Shown here piece by piece: positions 1 through 14,025 of a stretch of DNA of 64,000 nucleotides. The position numbers and the translations under genes were made by a program. The DNA lies in the NCBI GenBank assembly GCA_973895155.1, contig OZ316895.1, positions 21,278,558 through 21,342,557 on the forward strand, given 5' to 3'. The DNA is from Marsupella aquatica. Its lineage: Eukaryota > Plantae > Marchantiophyta. Numbering within the stretch: the stretch's first letter is position 1; each line of letters opens with the position of its first letter. Under the pieces are notes generated by a model. That model ran no database searches. It saw only the letters and a program-made list of their open reading frames with translations, and was not told the origin of the DNA.

Positions 1-862
1 AGTGGGGAAAACTCCCCAATATGACAATATCCATCTCCCCAAAAAGCATTAGCCCTTTTTGGCAAAAATTTGCTAGAATTTATCTGTCTCATTAGCCAAA
101 GTTCCACCTAATCACAGGTCCCAAGCCCGAATCTAACTGTCATCCTTAAATCTAGGGAGATTTATTCTCCACTCTAGCTAAAAAGTAAAAACCTTAAAAA
201 AGGAACTGATCCTTGTCCTACTTGTCTTGACTATGCAAGTCTAAAAAACTATTTTAGGGCTCATATTCATCAAGTTATGTACCCCAAACTCCCATGGGAC
301 CACCAAAAAATGGTACAGGGTAGTAGTGTGTGTCAAACATGGTGGTCCATCCTGGCTTCAGATTTTCCTAAATAACTGGTAAGTCCCCTTAGTGTGGAGA
401 ATACAACAATGCTGAGCTGAAAGGCGACAGCATCCACCAGCTTCCCGAGAAGGAAGGTGGGTAGGAGGATGCTTAGTGCAGGTGCATTCTTTGCTCGCCT
501 CCTTCCGAGTGAATTTCTCGTGCCACCAGCTCAGGAAGTCTTTTGTCTACATCAATTTCTGCCGCTTTAGAGCTAAAAACGAGCTCAATAGAGCCGAGAT
601 TGGTTGACCATTGGTGCATGATTGTATTTCCTTTGGCCCGGTCGAAAAATGGATACGAAAGGACTGAAAGCTTGTCAAATTGGTAACCACAATCCTTCGA
701 CAGTTTGTGGGACATACGGCATCCGCCTTGTCTGCCCATCTCACTATAAAGAGTGCGGCATGATTCTCGAAGTTCACTAAGAGCTCGGATTTGTGATAAA
801 ATCATTTTGAGTCTTGGCTTGTGAGTTATATAATCTGGAAACGAAAGTTCAATCCTGCTATC

Positions 863-2631
863 ATGGCCGCTGAGAAGTTGAAGGGTTTGACAATCTCGGT
901 CCTCCCAGGCACCGGGAACATTAGTAAGCCTTTGGTGAACAGGCTGGCTTTTGCTGGTTTTTCTGTCATCTTGGGGTCCCGGGATGCTGCCAAGGCGGAA
1001 GCAGCTGCGGCAGAGGTCTCAGAAGCTATTAAGAAGCCTGTCAAGGGCCTCGCATTAGAGGAAGCTGCTGCAGCTGGAGACGTCATTATCTGGGCAGTTT
1101 CGGTAATTATTCTCCTCTGTCTATTCGGCTCAAGGGCAACTAGTTAATTTATCAATCTGGTTTGTGAAATGTGGATTCTGACATAGAAGGTCCTTGGGGG
1201 AACGAAGGGCTTGCACATAGCCTGATTGCATGAACGAGAGAGAAAATAGTCTACTGACACGCAAAAATGGTCTTGCAAGTTGTGAGAGTTTCGCTGAACA
1301 CTGAATGTAAGTTGGTTGCAAGCAGCAAAGGTAATATTCGAGTAGTTCGTGTGGGCATCTTTTCAGAAATCCCGTTTACAGTTGAAATCAGTACTTCTTG
1401 TCTATTACTACGATGTCGTTTCCAGTTGGTGTGTGATTTTCGCTGCCAGCCTCTTGTATTGCGTACGCTCATTTGGACGTCCCTTTCGTGCCTCCAACTC
1501 ACCTCTTCAGCATGGATTTAGATAGTTCGTGGCATATGGGTTAGATCGCTGAATTACTATGCTCCTGGACCTTTCTCTGATAGTCAGCGGTTTGCATTGT
1601 CGTCTGCATTTCCTGTAAATTGGATGCCTGCTGAGTGTCGTCCCGTTCACTGACTCTCATGTAGTAGGGCTTTAGACTTCGATTTGGATAACTAAAAGTA
1701 CGGTCCCCCTTTGGTCGACTTCTTCGACACTTGATTTGAGTCAACAAACGAGATTGTGCGCTGCAGGGTCCTCTCGCGGAACGGGAGGCACTGTTGAAAT
1801 CACTTGCCAAACCCTTGGAAGGGAAAATCATTATTGACGCGACGAATATACTTTATTTGGTGGACGAGAGTGCATGGGGACAGGTTTCGTCGACCCTGTT
1901 GAACCAAGAAGCGTTGGGTGTTTCTGCTCGATGGACTACTGCCTTCAAACATGTTTTCGCCGTGAGCACGTCTGCCCTCTCCACAAAATAGCTATAGAAA
2001 TCATTATGTGTATGAATGCTTTTGTGATTTTTTTGAGGAGAGCAGCTGGAGAACTGGCTGTCTCTGTAGGTTAGGATGGGGGATCTTATATGTGAGTTTC
2101 CATCTGAGGCTGAGAATGTTGGGCTGGCAAGATCATTGTGTCAAATTAGGCCTCTGAGTGATCGATTTTGACCAATTTCTAGACTTTCAGGAATGACTTC
2201 CGCATAATGATCGTTTCCTAGGACGAGATGGATCAGTTAGCGTTACAGCTCAATTGTATGGAAAGATTTGTAACTACCATGAACACTTCTCTTCCTCGAT
2301 CATGGTGATGCGTGACAAATGTACATTGGTTTTCTTTAGCGAGTTTCGTTTTCCCATGCTGCTCAAATTGAAGCTAATGCAAGCGGTTCTTCATGTGTGG
2401 CAGAATTTGATCTTAAACCCTCCTCCTGTGAGCAACCCACATTCTGTCTTTGTGGCTGGCGATGACGAGGAAGCTGTGGACATCACCATCGCTTTGGTGG
2501 ATTCCATTCCAGGTTTCAAAGGGGCAAAGGCCGGGCCATTGAAATTCTCCAAGATTGTTGAGCTGCTAAGTTGGTTCGCTGTATTTCAACTCCACCCAGG
2601 AAATAGAATTGGCTGGAGATTTGGCGAGTGA
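863..2631 (+). CDS. F420-dependent NADP oxidoreductase (FNO/NpdG)-like Rossmann-fold protein, 3 exons (863-1102, 1767-1961, 2404-2631), ~220 aa
   Basis: Three ORF pieces join in phase 0 via GT..AG introns. Motifs ISVLPGTGNI, ILGSRDAAKA, GDVIIWAV, LEGKIIIDATN, AFKHVFA, VFVAGDDEEA and SIPGFKGAKAGPL appear in the order typical of F420_oxidored/FNO proteins. Confidence 0.85.
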
Positions 2632-4087
2632 TGGCATGATTATGTCAGTTCATTGAACTTTTGACTAATAGGAACTCCTCATTAAGTGTGTGGAGCTTTT
2701 AGAAGTGGTTAGCCTGCTCCAGGTTTCTAGATGTATTTGGAGATGAGCCAAGACTAGCCTGCTTACCCAGGTAATAGAGATGAAGACAATTTTTTTTTGT
2801 AAAACACTCTTGTTCATCTTTGCCCCATCCCTTTTTTTTTGTCTCACCCTCATTTCTATTTTGTCTTTATTGAGAGTCACTCTTAGTTTTGTCATATATA
2901 TGGAGTCAATGTCAGTTTTGTTAACCTTTCCTCCCATTCCTTTTTTTGGGTCCACCTTCACTTTTCAGATTTGTCCTATTGAGAGTTACTGTCTAGAGGC
3001 TTCACTCTAGATAGTAGTCCTTGATAGTGGCTTTACTAGTAAGATTGGGAAGTGTCTTGATAACAAGAGTAAGAACTTGAAGGATGGAGGTCCAAGTTAC
3101 ACTTGGCCTAGGTAGACCATATGATGTTTAACTTAACAATCCTAGTCAGCACTTTTGTTGAAATTCATTCTTGGATCAAAGAAAGCTGGTCCTGGATTTC
3201 CTGGTGTTCAATGGGAACAAACCTTTTTCCTTCATGAATTTATTATCTTGATGTACATTATCTTGAGTCCATGAAAGTGGCCAAATCATCTACACAAGAA
3301 TATTCTGTGGAAATCATTAGTCTACATGAGAGAGCTAGTGTTCCTTCAAAAATGAATGCTCTGATTGAAGAGGTGCAACTGTGTTCCATGCAAACGATTG
3401 TATTGAAGTCAACAGGAATTGTTTCCTATCATAGATGTTTCGATATTTGCTGAAGTCACAGAAGTATTGAAATATTGGGCCCAGCTTATTTCAAGAATAT
3501 TACAAGCATCTTGATGTAAACACAGACTTATCAGTGTCTTTTGAACTTGCACTATGTGGTTCAGAATGACATAAAATTAATGTTTTGTGTAGGCTGAAAT
3601 CATCCAAGATTGTTAATTTATTAACTCCAACGTGGAGTCCTTAAAATGAGTGGGAGTAAAGTCTCATCATGCTCAATACCAACTTGTTCGGACACCAACT
3701 AATTAAAGTAGATATAACCCTCAAAGGCAGGGCTGTGCCAATCAAATTCGACAGGCCTACAACTGGGCCTTGGAATCAGCATGTTATTTTGCGGAGAGCA
3801 AGGGTGAGTAATAACATTTGTGTGATCACACATTAGCTCAAATACCCAGGCATGTGTTTGCAGAGTAAGGGCTCCCTGTACCTAGACTCCCCATGAGCGT
3901 TCCTACTCTATATCAAATTTGTCTATTACTAGAGAAATTATGCCCTATGGCTTCACTTTACCGAGTAGGTCATGAATGGTGAACTTTGATCGCCAATTAC
4001 ACTGTAGGTATGCTCATGTTGGCTCATTATAAAGTTATGCTTGTGACACTCACAACCTTGTAAATATCAAAATACATAATTCTGGGG

Positions 4088-7000
4088 CTAATCAAGAGAT
4101 CTTTCATGGCTCACAGATTTTGGTAGAATGTAAAAGGATATCTTAGAACTGTAGACCGAGCTAATCCAGAGTTTTCCCTTTCTTTCTTGTACATTGCTCA
4201 AGATTTGAGTAGGTGAGGTTTGCAGCCTATCTTCTAGCACATCTATCACGACTCCGTCCTTGTTGTATTTTATGGCCATTGGGGTGGACTTTCCTGCAAC
4301 AATCCTTGCCAAACTTTCATAAATTTCTTGAAATGGATACAAGAGGTGGGCTACCCAAGGATGTGCGCAAAGCCACACATGAATATGTGTGCGCCGGCTA
4401 TGGAGTGCAACCCAAAAATTGCCATCTTCTGTGGAGCGCACGTTATCTGGATACCCAGGTTGGTCCGCAAAATCCTCAAAAATTCCCATCTTAGATCCTT
4501 GTAACCAATACCTCCAAATTCTGGAATGAAAATCAAGAAAACCAAAGCTCAAGCATGTCATGTTCTTTGTACACTAACGTGTACTGAACTTTCATGTGAA
4601 TCATTTTTAGGTTCAAAGTAATTTACAACTTAGTTACTCTAAAGCATTTGTACACTCTTTAGGGTCGACTGGACGTGCATCAACTTAGTTAAATGCCTGC
4701 TACTGCATCAACAAACATGCTCATGTATGGTGTAAATTAAAGCCTCAGACCCTCAGGTATTATTTGGGCAGCTTAGAAACACAATTTCACTGACTGTACA
4801 TTATCAACTCTCTTGAAACGTACTACAACACATATTGATGCCAGCTGGTAAGTGGATTACAGCCCCTCTCTAATGCACCAGGGACTCGATCATTACATAA
4901 AAAGCCCCATGGAAAGACATGCCCTCAATTCATAAAGTGACAATGTTAATAAGTAACTTGATCTAATTGAGTTTGTAGAATTGGTTGAACACAGGACATA
5001 CTCTCAAGATGATGTGAGAACATGGAAGAATTCCCCTCTCATTTTGTAGTATGTAAATCTCTACCGTCCACTTAACATAAACAAAAGCTTATATAAACAA
5101 ATTTGTGCTCTTTCATTGAACTGCATATTAATGTCCATTGATCCCCATGTGTAGGGCTGCAACGTCGTGCCACAATGTGCAAAGTGTTTACCACCAATTG
5201 TAGGATGAGAGTGAGTTGGCAGCCCTTGTAGGGCACACATGAAAAAAAATCCTTGCAAAAAAATGAAGCACCTGTTATATGTTGTGGAAGCAATGAGCAA
5301 GAAGTTGCCATCGTTTGATAGTGCAACACCATTGGGGTAGCGTAAGCTACTTAAGAGCACGGTGGTGTTTCTGGTTGTAGGGTCATATTTTATCACCCGC
5401 CCTGTGTTGTCTGCCTCTGGCACTACAAGGTAATTTTCGCTGCACATGAAAGGGGAGGTTTGGATTTGTGTGAGAAACTCTTTCAAAGTCCATAGATACT
5501 CAAATGCTCCAAACTCTAAATTCAATATAGAAAGAATGCCAAAAAGATAAAGCAAGTAAACAGGGAAGGGGCCCTTTGGTTGCTCTTGCTTTTCAAACAA
5601 TTTTAAGCAATGAATTCGGCAATACAAGCCTGGTCTTCATATGTCATCACATCCTTAGTTTGTAGTGAATGGAAGCTCACAAGCAAAAAAATTGATTGGC
5701 CAAAGCATGAATTGACAAAAGAACTTTTGACTCCCCAAAATATAAGCATTTTCAAAGGAAGCATACTATGTAACTAAAATAACATTTCAAGATGGTCCAT
5801 CCAGGCCCGCATCCAGGTTGCAGTGATCCATTGCGGTTCTTTGTCAAACATGACGGTCCATCCAGGCTTCTGTCTCCAAGGAAGTAAGGTGACAAAAGAT
5901 TTGAGAGATGACACCTGACAATTCATTTGATGTCTGTCTGACAACTATATATCTCTTCCATAGTGACGATGAGGTTCGCACAATAAATAAATAATTAGTG
6001 AAAATTAGTGAGTCCCTAAGACAAAATTAACATAAAATTAGTTCTTGCAAGGTTTTTTTTTAAAATTTTTGTCTTCATCTCTATTTGCATTCAAGGAATT
6101 GGTAAACAGGCTAGTATGCAGAAATTCCAGTGAAGTTATTTCTTTGGTCAAGACTTGGTGAGGATGTTAGAGCCCTCTAAGTGAGGCAGGGGGAAGATGT
6201 GATGTTAGAAGGTGGAGAGAATTGTGCTCTCCAATGCAATAATGCAGAGAAAATGAAGAGACAGGGCTCATTATGCAATGAAAAGCCTGCCACATTATTA
6301 GGACACACCTTCTTGTGCGTCGAAGGCTGCTCACAGTGTAGTAGATTGTGCCATCCTCATGGATGTCCAGATCGTTGGTGAACTTGTGGGTGACACCATC
6401 GCTCTCGTTGCTCAACAGTTCAGCTTGCCCGCCCTCGCTGCCCACCATGGCCAGCCCAAAGTACGCATCAGCAATGAAGAGTGCTCCCGAAACAGGTTGA
6501 AACTTTAGTCCCAATGGTCGACCACAAATGCTCTCCTTGGGCAGGTATGCCGTGTAGCTATCCCAGTCCCGATCACTGCATAGCTCCTCCGTCCTGTGTC
6601 CATCGGCCACCACAAGTTCAGTTTCTCAGTTTTGTCATGTAATTGCTGTCTAAGTTCTCGACTCTTGTCTAAATTCCACAACAATCCAACTCTTGTCTAA
6701 ATTCTAGACTCTAGACGTTTTGCTGTTTTCTTGAGAACTAAGTAATAGTAAGTGACGACAATCCCTAAACAATCAAGCTTCATTTGACTCTTATCTGTCT
6801 AAATTCAACTTTGAGTTAGCGGAAGTTTTCACTCTTCCAAGCATGTTGTGTGGGTTATCCCTCATGTTGGAACGTTGTAGCTCTGGTTTTGACTGGGCGA
6901 ATCCTGGGCTTACTTCTTCCTCTCATGCACTGGGAGAAACCCATATCTGAAATGTAATTCTGAAAAAAGGGTTGCATGAGCGAGAGGTTCAAATTAAGCT

Positions 7001-8350
7001 TGATTGTTGTGAGATTGTTGTTACGAAGTTATCCCGAAAGCAGCAAAACGCCGAGAAAACAAGACAGAGAGGAGAGCAAAGTGGAAATAATATTCGCCTC
7101 TCGATGAAGCTTTCGGAACTGAAAACATGAATGGTGATCAATACAGTAGGATCAAGGGCAGATATATATCTTTTACAAACATATCTGTAGCTCTGGAATT
7201 TCTCATAAAAACAACATATATTATTCTCTCACGACTGATTCCGATATGGGGATTGCAAAGTTTGGACAGATGTCTAATCACTGAAGGCTATAATCTCCGA
7301 ACGCAAGTGTTTCGGATCATTTGTTTGCATGTTTCAAAGTCAAAAACAGCTAGGGTTAGTTGGCATTGGTGATCCACAGTCCTCACCAGTAAGGAGAGGT
7401 GTATGCAAAAGTTTCCCAGCTTTCATCGCCCTCGTTCCAGCGGATCACTCTCCCATCAGCCACACCCGTATATGGGCCCCTCCCCTGCATGGACATGAGC
7501 ATAGTCAATACACTTCTTTGACTCCATCCTGATTTTTTAGTAAACCAGAGTAGTCCTTGACCACCACCAACTATTGTCCTGTGCCAAGTTTCCGTCTGAG
7601 TATGGAACTTAAACCAATGAATGCAGTCTACTGAATTTCGGAGGCCAAATGGGTCGGCCAGCAAACGCGGTCACATCTCATGCAAATTATGCTCAGTTTC
7701 TAAGGGTGAGGAGTTTCTGATTACGATCAATGAGGAATGAATTCGAACGCATTGAAAATTGTGTATGCTTAGTTTTGTAAACTACAAGTGCAGCAATATA
7801 AACCTCTCTAAACATTCACACTTTCTATTCTGTCTGGAAATTTCCGCCAGGTTCAATTCTTTGTGACTGCGGAGAGGAATTCTTGTACCTGCAAGTCCCA
7901 AACCAGAGTTTCAGGTCCTGGGACAACTGTGTTGGAGAAGAGCTGCGATTCCTGCAGCCTGTTGGCTGGATCAGCAGGCCAATCGTTGATATCTGGAACA
8001 GGACGACATTTCTCACCGTCAAGGTGACTGTGAAAACCCCGATAGAATTTCACCATCTTGCGGATGTGCAATGGGTCCCATGTTAACAGCGTTGCAGCAG
8101 CCACGATCATCCAAAATGCCCAATGGCCTACGATGGAATGAGACTGTTGAGATGCAGGATGTCGGCTTCTTGTATTTCTCTCCTTCTCTTGTTGCCTGGG
8201 ACAGAACTCTGGAAGATGTAAACCTATCATGTAACTCAGCGCTCTCTGCCAAGACCATTGTTTGGAATGTTGTTCCTGGAAACCTGCTGCGTCATGGAAC
8301 TCGTCCTCCAAACTTTCTGTTGCTGAGGGATTGATCCCATGAGGTGCCAT
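4088..8350 (-). CDS. Strictosidine synthase-like (SSL/APMAP/hemomucin) beta-propeller protein, 5 exons (8350-7889, 7484-7387, 6593-6309, 5439-5272, 4520-4088)
   Basis: Motifs GPETLVWD, GRGPYTGVADGRVIRW, CGRPLGLKF, ALFIADAYFGL, FTNDLDI, TGRVIKYDP, LRYPNGVALS, PGYPDNVR, FWVAL and GKLWISS. All junctions are GT-AG with consistent phases. There is an N-terminal hydrophobic anchor (WAFWMIVAAATLLTW). Confidence 0.92.
6716..7050. repeat. Degenerate inverted repeat (foldback/MITE relic) in SSL intron 2
   Basis: CGTTTTGCTG...ACAATCAAGCTTCATTTGA (6716-6787) is the imperfect reverse complement of TCAAATTAAGCTTGATTGT...CAGCAAAACG (6989-7050). Confidence 0.5.
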
Positions 8351-11300
8351 CGATTCGACTTACAGCAACTCAAGGTGGTCTGCTTGGATTCAGACTTGGA
8401 AAAGTGAGAAAGCAATGAGGGTTAGGCACAAACTCTCACTCAAGAAACTTGCCTGAACCTTCTAGAGAATAGATCTGTTTGTACTTTGTCTCAGTTTTGT
8501 CTACGAAGTGGGCCTCGTTCTGAATTCTAGCTTCATTCCAAAATGACAGGAAAGTCCAGTTACCGAGGTTGTCAGAGAAATGTCTCGTTATGCAGCTGAG
8601 CTCTCAAATTGGGCATCCTACAAAAAACTGTACTCAGACTACTGGCTAGAAGTAATATAAGGAACTTGATGATATGTCCAATACAGTGAAACACCTACTG
8701 TACATTCTTCCTCACTGTTATATTTCTACGGAAATTATCAATCATGGCGAGTACTGGCTGGCTCTGATTAACGAGCCCTACATCAACGACTTTGACAAAA
8801 TCGAGTTCAAACGTGTGCAGCGATTGAAAGCTGGACAAGTAACAGATGAACAGGATAAAGATATTCTTAAACTCTACCTAGTACCAAAAATCTGATAAAA
8901 TCAAACTCGTCAATGTGGAGTGAAGCTTCAGTGGCTAGAACAAGTACATCCTTACAAGATCTCCTCAAGATGAGAGAAGAATGACATCAGCCTACTGTAT
9001 TTATGGACAGCATTCATTTGCAACTTCTCGCTATTCAGTGGAGAGCTTGGAATCGTGAGAAGATATTCAACGAGAAACTAACACCACTGCGGAGAACTGG
9101 AGAGACGTCTGGATATGTCTGTGCTCGATCGGTGACAGCGAGATCGAGATTTCTGTTGATCCGAAATTCCGTCTCGATGATCTCTTTGATACAGTGAATA
9201 TTACCAATCTCAGTCTCAAAAAATTTTCAGTCAGATCATGCCGTTCATTTGTCTAGATCTTTACAAAACCGCCAACAAGCCAACCAGGTAGAGATGAGCT
9301 ACACTTCGAATAATTTCATCTCGCAAACGAATGTAACGCAAATGCTACTCTCACCTAGCTAGCTAAGGCCTTAGTTTAGCTCGACAAATTTATAGCTATT
9401 ACAAAACAAAGACTTGATGGATGGAAGGAAGGTTGCATTGGATGGCTGGGCACAGCCATCCATCCTTCCTGTTAGATCAGCTGCCAGCATCAGTCGTAGC
9501 CGATAGGGAATAACCAACTTATAGGACATACTCTGTGCACCACACGAGAGCAAATCATCTAGCCTGTACAAATCATCTGGTCCATCTGACAAAGGCTTTG
9601 CAGCACGGAACGGATGATTGAGAGGAAGGAGGTGCCCAGGTCTGGTCTGTATCCATCTCATCCCACCCCAGCCCACCGGCCCCAAAACATCTTGCAAATC
9701 TGGGTCAAGGACTGTCCTGGTACGTGAGCTACCAGTGCCACTAGCTGGGCCTGTATCTGCATAGACAGAGACTTGGAAGCAGGTTGCCAACACAATGTCC
9801 ATGGTGGGTTTATGAGTGTACGACATCCCCATGAAGTTGGACGAGTACGCTGACAGCATAATAGGTGTGACGGTCAGTGAAATGGTGTCTTTGACGAACA
9901 CTAATATTTCAAGTCTGAGGGCATTTTCAACCTCTGATCACGCTACTTGGGTGTATTGGTCACACTAATTGCGGTTTCGGCTGACGAGCCATTGCTTTCA
10001 GTTGATTTCTAAACTAATGGGCAGAACCCGCCAGGCATTCAGTCATGTAGCAGTTTCTTTAATTTTGGTTCGGGATTTGATACTGAGCACGGTCTGGCCA
10101 AAGTGCTCTTTAATTATCACGGAAATACTTGACGGCCATTTTGTATAGCTTCAATCATCGGAACCGTTAGCGTCTAGACTCCGTGCGCGAAATTGGTGTT
10201 GTTGTTGGGGTACGCATTGGAGGTACATTCCATTCGTTGACGTGTTATAATACAATTTCCCTCCAAGCAATGGCATGCTGAAATCCCGGCTGAACTAGCT
10301 AGCTGCTTGCATTGCCGATCCTAGCGAGCGAGAAGGACACGTACATTATGTACATAGCTTCATTTGATCAATCTTCATGTGGTCGATCCACACGTACTGT
10401 ATGTAAACGAAATTCCACTCATAGCAATGCCATGCTGCATGGACCTACACCTACTTCAGGCAAGAGAGTCTTGATCGAGGCCAACGAGCTTGAAAAACTC
10501 GATGCCTGTAAAACTCGACAGAACTTCAGTTTCAATCCTTCAGTCCTACTTTCGAAAATTTAAACTGGTTTCACGGACTCAAAGTGCTTTGCGTAAGTTC
10601 AACGTTTTTGCTAATTCTTACGAAGTAAATGCACCCTTAGACTTGGGTCAATTGGACCACAGGTGGTAACCATCACGGCCTGAAAATTTGGTCAATTTCA
10701 TGATTGGTTCACAGTAGTTGTAGCCTGGATGCTTCGACACTGTCATGCATGGCTGAAACTCACTGGAACACCGGACAGCCGAGATATTGGATTAGAATGT
10801 ACATGTTTGTGTATGCGGCAGCTCACTCCCCTGATGACTTTCAGAGGATGAACATGACTTTGTGCATGCGGCAGCTTCCAGATTCATGTCATTCGCTCGC
10901 GCGGGACCAGTCCTGCTCATCTTTCGATTATTCGCCCAGTTTTTCAACTGATTGAAGCTTCCTGTTAATTAGACTGGACTCCAGAAGTTCATTTAACATT
11001 TCAATATATTCATTGTTGGTCATCGACCCGTGCAGGTTGAAATCAAATGCCAGATGAGTACGTACAGTTCAACAGATCTAATTAAAACCCAATCGTGAAA
11101 ACTACGACATTATTCAATACACAAGCGAGAAACATCTAGCTCAAGCCTGGCCAATTGTGAGAAGGTGCAGCTGTAGGTAGACACACGTTCGCTATACAGA
11201 CAGATCTTGAGTAGTGCCTGGATGGATTTTACGATCAATGGGGTTCATAAATTGGAGCTTACAACTTCGTCCTGCAGATTGAATTCATATGCCAGATGAA

Positions 11301-14025
11301 CATTGTTCTATAAGCATGCAGCAATTGTACCATGTTGTCGTTCGCACCAGCCAAATCAACAGATTAATTGGTGAGTCTGGACAATGTAACGAGCTTTCTC
11401 TCACCTTCCGTTAAGACTTTGGAGGACACATTCTTTCGTTCTTTGCTGAATCTGCATAAGTCATCTCAACTAGAGCTGTGTACAGTTGTCCGTAAGCATG
11501 CGTCAGGATTCGCCAATCTTAGACTGCAGGGTTCTCTTTTCACTGATTTACGTAAGGAGAGCTGGAACCAACGGCAGACGATGGGCTGAGATACAGGCGA
11601 AAATTAAATTGTGACTGCAGCCCTCACTAGACAGTAACTCGGGAATTGTTCTTGGTCTGGAAAGCAATTTTTTTTTTTGTCAATAGAAACGCAATTTAAT
11701 AAAAAAAACAACCAGACAAAGATCCCATTTCTTTAATTTGAATATGTGTGAGTGCGTATTAGAGAGAACGAACAATCATGGCAGTTTAAGCCAGAGTTAC
11801 ACAATGATTTCGTATCCTTTACTCCGATCGAGTCAGACACACTCCTAGTCCTGAACGCAGGAGAGAGGAGAAGGAGACCACGGAGAAGTCAAAAGACAAC
11901 AGTCATGAGCTAGTGGCGCGGCCCTCAGACTGAAGTATCTAGACGTTCTCCACTGCGACTAGATTCAAAACTCAGATTTAAAATGGTTTGAGCCTGGTTT
12001 AAATACTGCCCTATGATCTTAAGAAAAACAGTCAGATTCAACCTACTTGCGAGGACACTCCGAATTCAAAAAGAGAGAAAAATCAATGAGAAGAATTCCC
12101 GTTCACAATAAGTCAGGTTGATAACTGGAAGAATGATTTCACATGTATCACCTTGACTTGGTTATCTGCCATAATTGATAGTGTTCGTACCTCACTAGTT
12201 GGCCATGTCAGAAATCTTACGCTAACTTATCAAAGGAATAGTTTTAGTGGAGCTGTAAGGTAGTGCGTGAGATGTAGGATTCACCCAATCAAGGGATTCA
12301 GCACAGATTGTCCTCAACAAATTAGATTCCGCTACTTAGGTTTTCCCAGCAAGTGACCGCGGAAAACAGTCAAAAATGCGGCACTCACCATTTTACTCGG
12401 GGCCCAGGACATTGTGATGTGTGCTTTATGTAGAATTCAGATCGGCAAGTTCTAGGGGAGACTAGACAATATCTCCCGGGTTTGCAGAATCCGGTACTAA
12501 CAGGCTCACTCTCCCTTACGTTTCCTTTCACTTGTCCATTTCCCATACTTGTCCTTACTAAATATGTCTTTGGCAACAGTAAGGGGATTGTGAAATTGGG
12601 GCTGGGCTGCGGTGAGCTGTTGAATGGTCATGATTGTGCAATCAACAGAAAGTAGTGAAACACGAGGTCAAACCAGCATTCGAGGTGCGTGCGTCGACGG
12701 GGAATCAGGCGGAGAACGTGGACGCAAGCAGCATTAGCAACTCTTAGCCACTGTAGCTGCAGCATATACCTTGCAGTGGCTACTTGTGAACGAAAGATGA
12801 GCACGATTTTCAATCGTGGGCGCCACTCGCCAATTTGAGGTGAGAGTTTCTACTGTACTAACGAAAGAAGTGAGCCCTAGCTCTTGCCACCCAGATTATC
12901 ATGTCCTCTATGACCTCCCTTCTAGCACGATCTCACTGCTGGAGTGGGGATCGAGGCAACAGAACTGAGCTAGGGTCCACCCAATTATAATTAAGCAGAT
13001 ACCTTTTCGACCTCTTCAATCTGCAGCATGGGCATAATTTCTCTGCTCGAAAGATCAAACCAGGGAATTGAAGGGTGCTTGATGGATCATGGCTTGCACG
13101 CTCCACGCATATATCACTAGAAAACTACGTTCTAGGGAAATGGCGAGCCTGGGGTGTTGCAAATTTCCACGATTCACTCCCTCCCCTAGCTTAGTATCCT
13201 TGTGGATGGGAACTGGAAGCTCAATACAGGCCAGCAAGGCCACAATTTTCTATGGCAGAACGGTTTTACGTGTTCTCGTAACTATTGAATCCTTGTTATC
13301 CGGGCATCAATCTCAAAATTCTACTCGTCTACATTTTAATAATTTCAAGTTGATTCACGACGCCAATTAAAAATAGCAATATTGAATCTTCAGCAAGGAT
13401 CGAGGATTGAGTCAATAATGTGTTTCATTAGTTCTTTTCCAGTGAAGTACTGAGTTAGTGGATGGTCGGCAGATACCACTCGGACTACGGTAGCGTGAAC
13501 TGTTCGCTGCAATGGATATGCAGGTACATGCTGATGATTGTCAAAATTACATGACTTCTCCAGTCGTGGATGTCGATCGTCGAGAAACGAAGTGAGCGTG
13601 CTTTAACTTGCAGTTGCGTGGTTTGTACGTACTCCTGGAGCAGCATGTGAGACCTTCTGTTAACTGGATTCATCAGTGGATATGGTCGTCAATTCAACAG
13701 CAAATACAGGTTCCCAAAATACAGATCTTTAACAAGGGTACGTAGAAGCTATTATCCCTTCGTCTGACTGCAGCCGAAGTCGCTGGCTCTACAGATTGCC
13801 ATTTCTTCGGAAGAATACCGTTCAGGACGACTCAATCTTCCGTTCATAGTGGAAAGGGAGGATCAATGGATGAGTTGTAGAATGGAATTGCATGTTCCTC
13901 CACAATCTGGGCTCTATTGAGAAAGTGGATCATAAAAATCGAGATACATGAACTAGTTTACGATTCAGACGACAGGAGATCTGAAATTATCTTCTGGCTG
14001 TTCAAGGTCGCAAGTATTGACCACC

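Noticed and set aside
9371-9901. 176-aa ORF with HLLPLNHPFR and YSSNF, reminiscent of CACTA transposase motifs
   Set aside because: The two motifs are in the opposite order to CACTA transposase, no CACTA ends were found and there is no other support. It may be a relic but cannot be called.
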